Shown here: positions 56,581-64,000 of the stretch, one piece after another | Layout of the letters: the number at the start of each line of letters is the position of its first letter | Position numbering within the stretch: the stretch's first letter is position 1 | IMG/VR virus record: IMGVR_UViG_3300021255_002539 | Location: 64,001-128,000 of that record | Origin: a virus | Lineage: Duplodnaviria; Caudoviricetes | DNA: 64,000 bases | Reading direction: 5' to 3' (one strand) | Position numbers and translations under genes: made by a program | Notes under the pieces: model-generated | What the model was told of the DNA's origin: nothing | What the model saw: the letters and a program-made list of their open reading frames with translations, nothing else | Databases searched by the model: none

Positions 56581-56704
56581 GTCTTGTGTTCCTCTTCTTG
56601 AATTGACAAGTAGTATTTACATTATCCAATTATACCAACAAAAGGCAAATTCGGACACCCATTCAAGGATGCCCGAATTCCTGATTGCTTGTGTCGGTTG
56701 CCCA

Positions 56705-57757
56705 TCAAAGATGCCTGAACACGAAACCATCTTCCTCGAAGTAGTCGGTCATGAGCAAGTCCCGACCGAACGCCTCGTAGTCGAAGTAGTTCCTCGCAGT
56801 GTCTGCTCCAAGCTGGTCAACGCCACCAATGCTGTCGATGTAGTCCCTGGCAACCTGATCGTCAGACTCGTACTCGCCCATGTCGTATCCATCGTTGTCG
56901 TAGTAGTGGTCGGGATCCTCTGGGTTGCCCTCGGAGTCCTCGTTGTCCTCTTCTCCCATGTGGAAGTCGAACATCAAGTCCCTTCCGAAGGAGTCGTAGT
57001 CGAAGTACATGTCCAAGTTGTCAGAGCCGATTCCATCCCAACCGAGGTCGTCTATGATGTTGTACGCAAAGTCAGATGCTGAATCGAATTGCCCTTGATA
57101 CGCCTCGTGGAAGTCGTCGATGTCGTCGTCGTCAGTGTAGTTTACATACGCCTCGTAAGCAGCCTTCTCGGTATCGTCCATCAAGTAGTAGTCGGTTATC
57201 TTGTTGAACTCCTCCTCGGTTGGCAATCCACCCTCGTGATACCACTTCTCTGGGAAGTTCTCGTAGTCCTGAACCATGAACTCTGGATCCTTCTCGTCCT
57301 TGTGGAGTTCACGGCAGGCATCCACGAAATCCTCGTAGTTGCTGTAGTCAGTGAGGTCAATCCACTTGCCATCAATCGAACCATCGTTGTACTTGGCGTA
57401 GGTTCCGACATAGATTCTGGGGTGGTCTGAGCCGCCACCGTCTTCAGACTCGTTTTGCCTCTTGCCATCTGGCGTCCTGCCAATCTCCCATGTCGCTTGG
57501 TCAAGGGACTTGAAGTTGGGATTTGACTTGTCAGTTTCAACTTCATTCACAATGCCACCTTTTTGGTTCAAGTCGCCATAGAACTGGCCCAACCTATCGC
57601 GCCACTTCTTTGCAACAAGGAACTTCGCGTCGCTCGTCTTCGAGTTAATTCCTGCGGCGACCAACGAATACAGTTCGTCCAGTTCCTCCTTGCCATTGAT
57701 GTCCAACGAAAACTTGGGTTCGTTGTCGGCTTCCTTTACAATCTTCTTGAATTTCAT
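56705..57757 (-). CDS. ardA: ArdA anti-restriction (DNA-mimic) protein with ~110-aa N-terminal extension and duplicated C-terminal domain
   Basis: PRIYVGTYAKYNDGSIDGKWIDL, DPEFMVQDYENFP, YFDYDSFGRDL and YFDYEAFGRDL; highly acidic; GTAAATA at 57793-57799. Confidence 0.85.
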   Translation of the reverse strand: MKFKKIVKEADNEPKFSLDINGKEELDELYSLVAAGINSKTSDAKFLVAKKWRDRLGQFYGDLNQKGGIVNEVETDKSNPNFKSLDQATWEIGRTPDGKRQNESEDGGGSDHPRIYVGTYAKYNDGSIDGKWIDLTDYSNYEDFVDACRELHKDEKDPEFMVQDYENFPEKWYHEGGLPTEEEFNKITDYYLMDDTEKAAYEAYVNYTDDDDIDDFHEAYQGQFDSASDFAYNIIDDLGWDGIGSDNLDMYFDYDSFGRDLMFDFHMGEEDNEDSEGNPEDPDHYYDNDGYDMGEYESDDQVARDYIDSIGGVDQLGADTARNYFDYEAFGRDLLMTDYFEEDGFVFRHL

Positions 57758-57808
57758 GTTTTGTAGTCCTCTTAAAACCATTGGTTCAAGAGTATTTACA
57801 AAAACACA

Positions 57809-58258
57809 TCACTTTTGCTGGTTCTGATCCTGCTCCATGTTGGAGAGCATCGTGTGGACGAACTGCCCATAGTCCAGATACCGTATCTTGGTTCCGGCCT
57901 TCACCTGGTCGAACAGATTCAAGTCCCTCACATTGTTCAACTTCATCAGGAACCAGGCAAGTCTGGTCGATCCATACACCTTCCAGGAAACAGAGGGCCA
58001 GTGCATGTCAGTTGGGCAGACATACCATTTGCACACCTCGTCTGGGATGTCAACCAAATAGAATGTGGAGTTGAGGTTGTATTGCCATCGGCCTTCCTCG
58101 TCTATGAAGAGGGAGAACATCTTGTCGAGGTCGAAGAAGTCTGGCTGGGTGTCGGAGACTGAATGAACATAGTCCCGAATGTCGTCTGCGAAGACGCCAT
58201 CCATCGTATAGGGCTTTCCAACGACCCTTGTGTTCCTCAATCCACGTTTCTCTGCCAT
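57809..58258 (-). CDS. Baseplate wedge subunit (T4 gp53-like, LysM-related)
   Basis: HWPSVSWKVYGSTRLAWFLMKLNNV...VKAGTKIRY motif. Confidence 0.65.
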   Translation of the reverse strand: MAEKRGLRNTRVVGKPYTMDGVFADDIRDYVHSVSDTQPDFFDLDKMFSLFIDEEGRWQYNLNSTFYLVDIPDEVCKWYVCPTDMHWPSVSWKVYGSTRLAWFLMKLNNVRDLNLFDQVKAGTKIRYLDYGQFVHTMLSNMEQDQNQQK

Positions 58259-58773
58259 CAGTTGCCGAACTCCATTTCAACGACCTTTCCAGTCTTGCGC
58301 CACTCGTCGACCTTGATGATTCTCTGGTTGGTGCTTCCCCTGAATGGCGTGGACAAGTCACGCTTCTCCAATACAAATGGTCCATCCACAAGCACATCGA
58401 TGTAGTCCAGAATTGGGGACATCTCTGTGTCTTTCGCAATTTCCTCAAATGTGTATCCTGACCAGCACCACACAGATTTGTCAGGAAACCGCTCCTTGAC
58501 TTCCTTGCACAGTGCTATCATGACCTTGCGATTGTCAGAGCATTTGGACAGTGGCTCCCCACCCATCAGTGACAGACCCGAGCAATGAGGGTCTTCAAGT
58601 TCCTTGAATATCTTTTCCTTTACCTCGTCTGTGAATGACTGCCCAAAGTTGGGGTCTTGAGCCTCGGGGTTGAAGCACCCTGGACATTTCCTCATGCAGC
58701 CCGTGCACCAGAGTGTGCATCTAAATCCAATTCCATTTGCGATGTCAGCCTTTCTCAATGCAGAATAGTTCAT
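58258..58773 (-). CDS. nrdG: Anaerobic RNR activating radical-SAM enzyme
   Basis: DIANGIGFRCTLWCTGCMRKCPGCFN, GGEPL, DVLVDGPF, FRGSTNQR. Confidence 0.95.
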   Translation of the reverse strand: MNYSALRKADIANGIGFRCTLWCTGCMRKCPGCFNPEAQDPNFGQSFTDEVKEKIFKELEDPHCSGLSLMGGEPLSKCSDNRKVMIALCKEVKERFPDKSVWCWSGYTFEEIAKDTEMSPILDYIDVLVDGPFVLEKRDLSTPFRGSTNQRIIKVDEWRKTGKVVEMEFGN

Positions 58774-58948
58774 GTTGTTCTCTCACCTTTGAAACTCTAT
58801 TATATTTACACCACAAGCAACTCGCTTTGCCACATTCAATTCTACATCAAATGGGCTTTAATATATACCATTTCTAGGGTCGAAGTTGAACCCCAGAAAC
58901 TTGCCCCAAATTGTTGAGATAACTCAACGGTTTTGGCATATACTGCCA

Positions 58949-60616
58949 TCAAAAGTCAACATTCACCTTTACTTCACCGTTTTCAAAAGCCTTGTTGTTA
59001 TCAATGGGTTTTTCGTCCTCTGAGCCAGCAGATACTGAAGTCGTTGGTAGGTAGCGGTAGTAGACCATCAATTGAAGGGCAACCAGGCATGTATCCATAT
59101 AGGGTCTTGTCGAGTGGGCATCCTTGTTCTCGTAGTAGCCCTGCTTGTGGGGCTTGCCATTGGAATCCAGAACTGGATCGGGGACATCTATGATTGACTG
59201 TGGATATAGCTTCTTCATCGCGGTGTTCCACTTCACCCAGATTTCCTCGTCCTGCTTGAGCGCACCCGGCTTCATGCCAGCCTGGTACTTGCACTGGGTG
59301 GCGTAGTAGCAGTAGTACTGAGGGCTTGAACCTGGCTTGTTCTTCGCAGAAATCTGGTCTGGGTTGAACTCGGGCTTCCAGTCCTCCATGACATCCAATG
59401 CATTTCTGACCTCTGGCTCCCCACCCCTGCCAAGAAACTGCATTGCCAGTGCGCCAACTCCTGCGAGACCCGTGTTTCCACCATTGTTGTTGGGTGTTGG
59501 CGTGTAGGTGAATCCAGAGGATTTCGAGTAACTGCGCCTCTTGAGACAATTGATGGCCTTGTTGATTGCCTGGTCCAGTCCCTCTGGATGGAGGCCAGCC
59601 ATCTTGCCTGCCTTGAGTGCCTGAATCGCCCAACCAGCATACGACAAGTCGTCTCTCGTGGAATTCTTGTTCAACTTGTAGTCCCAACCACCAGTAGAGG
59701 ATTGGTTCTCCACGATGCGGTAGAGGCAAGTCATCGCAGCATCCTTGCAGTTCGGGTTTCTCGTCATGCCATATGCCTCGCAAAGCGCGTATGTCGCCAA
59801 CAGGAAACTGTACTCGTTGCCATCGGTTCCGTTGAAGTGTGGGACATTGGAAGCATCCACATTCAATGCGCCGATGATGTAGTCCAAAGCAGACATGACC
59901 ACAGGACCGAACTCCCTGCCATATTTGGATTCTGAACCTGGGTACTCTCCATGCGCAAGGTATGTCAAGATGGCCAGTGCAGTGTTGGCAACCTTGTTCG
60001 CGTTCCCCCAGCTGCCATCTGTGTTCTGATGCGCCTTGAGCCACCATAGGACCTTCATCACGGTCGCCTCTGTGCTGGGATCTCCATGGCCAGGTACGCC
60101 ACCCTTCGTCATGCCACCAATCATCCCAGGGTTTCTGCCACCAGTAACACACCTCAACCTCACTGGGGAGTTTATCATCGAGACGGAATCAGAATCTGCT
60201 GGACGAATGGATGTCTGGGTAGAAGGTTGGGAAATTGGTGCAGGGTCAACAATGTCTACATCCACTGTTGGGGCATCCACCTCGAATTCGGGCGTCTCGT
60301 CGCTCGTTGGTTGTTCTGCATCTGGTGGAATTGGGGGTTCCTCAAATTCCTGCTCTGTCTTATCCTCGACATCTGGGATATCAACGATGGGGAACTCAAA
60401 CACATCCTGCCTGGCCACGGCAGTGACAACGCACAACACAACGGCAACCAAAGATGGTATCAATACAGCAACGAGGGGTGCAGACATCCTCTGAAGCTCA
60501 AGCCTCGCCAACTTGTACTCAGGCGTCCATTTGGGCTTCCTCAGACCCACAATCATGTCAACCACCCTCCTGAAAAGGGATTTGTCCTTGTATTTGTCTT
60601 CTGTGTTGTTTTCCAT
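58949..60616 (-). CDS. Membrane-anchored prenyltransferase/squalene-oxidase-repeat protein
   Basis: N-terminal TM segment, Pro/acidic linker, VLWWLKAHQNTDGSWG, ENQSSTGGWDY, QALKAGKMAG repeats. Confidence 0.75.
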   Translation of the reverse strand: MENNTEDKYKDKSLFRRVVDMIVGLRKPKWTPEYKLARLELQRMSAPLVAVLIPSLVAVVLCVVTAVARQDVFEFPIVDIPDVEDKTEQEFEEPPIPPDAEQPTSDETPEFEVDAPTVDVDIVDPAPISQPSTQTSIRPADSDSVSMINSPVRLRCVTGGRNPGMIGGMTKGGVPGHGDPSTEATVMKVLWWLKAHQNTDGSWGNANKVANTALAILTYLAHGEYPGSESKYGREFGPVVMSALDYIIGALNVDASNVPHFNGTDGNEYSFLLATYALCEAYGMTRNPNCKDAAMTCLYRIVENQSSTGGWDYKLNKNSTRDDLSYAGWAIQALKAGKMAGLHPEGLDQAINKAINCLKRRSYSKSSGFTYTPTPNNNGGNTGLAGVGALAMQFLGRGGEPEVRNALDVMEDWKPEFNPDQISAKNKPGSSPQYYCYYATQCKYQAGMKPGALKQDEEIWVKWNTAMKKLYPQSIIDVPDPVLDSNGKPHKQGYYENKDAHSTRPYMDTCLVALQLMVYYRYLPTTSVSAGSEDEKPIDNNKAFENGEVKVNVDF

Positions 60617-60650
60617 ATGCATTCTCCTCGTATAATTTATATTACCACAA

Positions 60651-61793
60651 ATGGACAAGGAATTCCACAACTTTTTTCGACTTTCCACGAGTCAATAGGA
60701 TATTGAGGCAAATCTCCAGAGAATTCGGGAGATCAACCCCAAACTCTACCTTGAATTGCGCCTAAACCAGGGAAGGATTGGCAACATTCAAACCACCAAG
60801 GCGATTTCGGACATTCTTGAAACGAACCCCAATGTGGAGTTCAGACTGGATTGTCCAAATGTAACCGAGGTCGAGGTTGCCGACCACTTGAATGGAGGTC
60901 TGAATGGCTACGACAACTCCCCCTTGTTCGCCCTCAACGCAATCTACCAACAGACCCAATATGTTGATGTGGCTTTGGTGCAGTGCTTCTTTGGACAAGA
61001 CAAACTTCAGGAGCAGGCAATAGAACTGGCGTTGCAGTTCATGTCCATGTCAAACCCAAGACCCAGGGAATGGGTGTTCGTGGAGGCGCAAAGAAGCGAA
61101 ATGGACGCGAAGTTCAAGTGGGTTGTTGGGATTGGATGCAAGTATGTGTTCGTGAGGATTGAGAACGACAAGCAAGACTACTTCATCAAGGAACAGCTGT
61201 GGAACATCGGAGCGAAGAACACTAAGTCAGACAACCTTGTGTTCGTGGATGGGGATGTGGCATATTGCCAAATGGACTGGCTCAAGCATGTAAAAGGGAC
61301 ATTCGACGAGGGTGTTGAGTTGTTCCAGCCACATGCCTGGTCGTGGAGGGCAAGTGAACTAGATGGGACAAAGGAATTTGGCGCAAATAGTCTAAACCTA
61401 ATTGAGTCATTTGGTCACGCGAGAAAACTAAACAAGTCTTCCTACAACGCATTCAACGGACACACAGGATACGACATTGCGATTTCAAGGCGACACTACA
61501 AGAAACTTGGTGGCTTCTATTCAACTGCTGGAACTGGAGGAGACTTCTTCAACTGGTGTCTACTTGCCCAAGGAAACTACCTCAGAGGAAATCAATTTGA
61601 GCAACGACTTGCAGAGATACTATCTGGGTGCAACATACCAGTTGTTCAAATAGGGAGTTCAGACATGATATGCTTCCACAACTACCACGGAAGCGCAAAT
61701 GACAGAGCTAGGAAGTACGGCAGCGATCTCAACGGCAAAATCCTCGTGGCAAACAACTTTGGCATGAGCAAAATAGCGGAGGTTGGTGAATGA
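60651..61793 (+). CDS. GT-A fold glycosyltransferase-like protein (TAG=Gln at 60696)
   Basis: KEQLWNIGA...LVFVDGDV (DxD), GGF..GGD motif; extends to ATG 60651 through one TAG. Confidence 0.65.
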
Positions 61794-62680
61794 ACATATG
61801 CTACATAACAGACAATGGCTATGTCCAGCACACCCTCGTGAGCATGGCGTCCCTCAAGGCAAGCAAGTACCCCACATCAGAATACAGAGTGTTCGTGGTG
61901 TGCGACAAGGTTGACCAAGACAAGAAGGACATGTTCAGGAAATTCTCAGGGAAGGGGTTTGAAGTCGAGATTGTGGATGTAGAAAACCAAGACTTCCAGA
62001 AAAAGGAATATGAAATAGGGAAATACATTTCCGCCTCGACATACATCAGACTTCGACTTCCGAGCATATTGAAGGGGATTGACCGTGTCCTCTACATGGA
62101 TGGGGATGTAATAGTTCAGGATGACCTGACAGAGTTGTTCAACATCGACATGGGCGACAACTTCACAATAGCAGGATCTCTGGACTATGGCACATGCATA
62201 TCGTCGTTGACTTGGAACAAGGTTGACTACATCAGAAAAACACTCCCAGGATACGAGAAAACATATTTGAACGCTGGTGTTTTGGTGATGGAACTTGATA
62301 AATTGCGCAAGAGCAAATTCGAGGAGAGGTGCAAGAAACTCTACGACACCCGAAAGGATTTCATCTACGCAGACCAGGACATCATAAACTTCGCCGAGCA
62401 AAAGAACATAAAGGTGTTTCCGATATACTGGAACTGCCCAATACTGGCATTCCACATCAACTACGCCAACCAAAGCCCCGAACTCATACAGGAGATGATT
62501 GAAAGGACATACCACATAGGATATGACAACCTGATGGACATCGTGTACAAGTCCAGGATAATCCACATCAATGGGGACAAGAAGTACATACACGAGATAC
62601 CATACTTGGGCGCGTTGTACCAAAGGTACTTCAGGATGTCATGTGAATATATAATTGGAAATGCAGGAGAATAGACATGA
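61790..62680 (+). CDS. Glycosyltransferase family 8 (TAG=Gln at 62672)
   Basis: YIRLRLP..RVLYMDGDVIV..LTELF, YLNAGVLVM, ADQDIIN, IIHING; read-through gives an ATGA overlap with the next gene. Confidence 0.85.
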
Positions 62681-63384
62681 AAAAAGTGATATTGTTCATA
62701 TGGTTCGGAGACGAAAAACCACCATACATACAGTGGACATTGGAGAACTTCAGAAGGATGAACCCAGGTTGGGAGATTAGATACATAGAATATTCAACTC
62801 AACAAATACTCGACTACAAAAATTCAAACGATGAAGCATTGTTCAATGTAATGTCCAAAAACAAAATGTTTGGACATTTATGTTATATGTCAAACGAATA
62901 TCGCTACGAATATCTCAATTTGAAAAAAGACGAGTTCATCATATATTGTGATTTAGATTGCTTTCCAATAGCTCCATTCGACAACTTCATAATGCCAAAT
63001 GACGACAACCTTCCAAAATGGGCGACAGAAATCTTTTGTCCAAACCAGCACATTTGGTCCAATGCTCTTGGAACATGTGGTTTTGTCATTGAAGGACATT
63101 ACTTGTTCAAGAAAGACATATGGTGTCTATGTAATAACAAGGCACTTGCGTTTAGACAATTCCTGCAAATATGCAAACATTCCACATTAGACGAAAATCT
63201 CATATTGTATAATGGTTTTTTGCTAAACAAATCCTGTTTGCCGATGTACGAGCAACGACTCAACAACTTCCACAACATGAATTTGACCCTTGGGGACAAT
63301 TTCTGCCTTCCGCAATTCACACCAATCGAACACTACTATTCTCGAGAACGCAACAAGTTGAACATAGGCACAATAACAAAATGA
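62677..63384 (+). CDS. Glycosyltransferase family 32-like (DxD) protein
   Basis: FIWFGDEKPP..NPGWEI..YRYEYL..IYCDLDCF. Confidence 0.7.
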   Translation: MKKVILFIWFGDEKPPYIQWTLENFRRMNPGWEIRYIEYSTQQILDYKNSNDEALFNVMSKNKMFGHLCYMSNEYRYEYLNLKKDEFIIYCDLDCFPIAPFDNFIMPNDDNLPKWATEIFCPNQHIWSNALGTCGFVIEGHYLFKKDIWCLCNNKALAFRQFLQICKHSTLDENLILYNGFLLNKSCLPMYEQRLNNFHNMNLTLGDNFCLPQFTPIEHYYSRERNKLNIGTITK

Positions 63385-64000
63385 CTATAACAGACACATT
63401 TTGGGGACGCATTGGAAACACATGCTTGTAGATTTACAAGCTGTTTCTATTTGCACATCTTCGTGAAATTCCATATGATTTCATCAAGATACCACAAAGC
63501 AAGTACAATCCATTGTTCGAGAACATAGGAACACACTTCGTTCAAGACAATGAATTGAACAAGATAGAATACACAATTGAGCTTGAGGACTTCATTGACC
63601 TATAGTCTGTTGAATTTTCCGAACATGACAACATAAGGTTCAAGAAGTGGAATTGGCTATATCCCAACACTATAGACGAACTTCGCTTGTTCAACTAGAT
63701 ATTCGATGCAAAGACATTGCACGACGATATAATTGAGAAGTATGGGCATGTATTTGACAAGCCAACCATTGGACTCACTGTGAGACGAGGAGACTTCATT
63801 GAATTGAAGATACCAATCCTAAGTGAATGTCAATTGAGAAAATTGGTAAACAAGATCATTTCTGATAGACATGGATTCGTAAAAATTGTCTTGAGCAGCG
63901 ACAACATTCCATGGTGCAAAGACGCTCTTCAGGACTGCAAAGATGTGTTCTTCGTGGATGATGCGCCAGAGAACTAGATAATGCTTCTCTCATTTTGCGA
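63381..64000 (+). CDS. Alpha-1,2-fucosyltransferase (GT11)-like protein, partial (TAG=Gln at 63429, 63603, 63696, 63975)
   Basis: GRIGNTCL[TAG] matches GxLGNxMFQ; TVRRGDF matches HVRRGDY; SSDNIPWCK matches SDDIxWCK. Confidence 0.75.

Noticed and set aside
58880-58945. Small hairpins upstream of nrdG (possible riboswitch)
   Set aside because: Short stems only; no recognisable riboswitch consensus by eye
59001-60152. 383-aa alternative-frame ORF overlapping the prenyltransferase-repeat gene
   Set aside because: Off-frame by-product of codon bias; no recognisable motifs

Overview
A 64-kb segment of a large T4-like (myovirus) bacteriophage genome that reads TAG as glutamine in its late and structural genes (translation-table-15 style). 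The supplied ORF track therefore fragments many genes. Reading TAG as Gln joins same-frame fragments into intact genes ending in TGA/TAA, including one ~3,890-aa protein (42610-54276), and restores conserved Gln residues such as terminase SRQVGK. Core genes present: tail-tube-like proteins, a gp53-like baseplate wedge, tail-fibre-like proteins, gp55 late sigma, RNase H/flap nuclease, Dda/RecD-like helicase, gp46/SbcC, NrdD/NrdG and a glycosyltransferase cluster. Most notable: (1) the large terminase is a fractured gene, with an atypically split intein (38-aa IntN, 123-aa IntC) and a free-standing Vsr/DUF559-like endonuclease between the halves, preceded by a Walker-A-dead terminase ATPase paralogue with a Tat-like leader; (2) the late sigma factor carries two N-terminal TAG codons, so the code switch could gate late transcription, while early genes lack sense TAGs and one appears to use TAG as stop; (3) a set of late genes with MK...(I/L/F)xE capsid-targeting-like leaders, including an ArdA anti-restriction protein and a putative protease-processed polyprotein, suggests a virion-packaged cargo system. 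FGE-sulfatase-like and prenyltransferase-repeat proteins point tentatively to a PVC-superphylum (Kiritimatiellota/Lentisphaerota-like) host. No tRNA, release factor or CRISPR array was recognised. Family assignments come from motif recognition by eye, not database searches.
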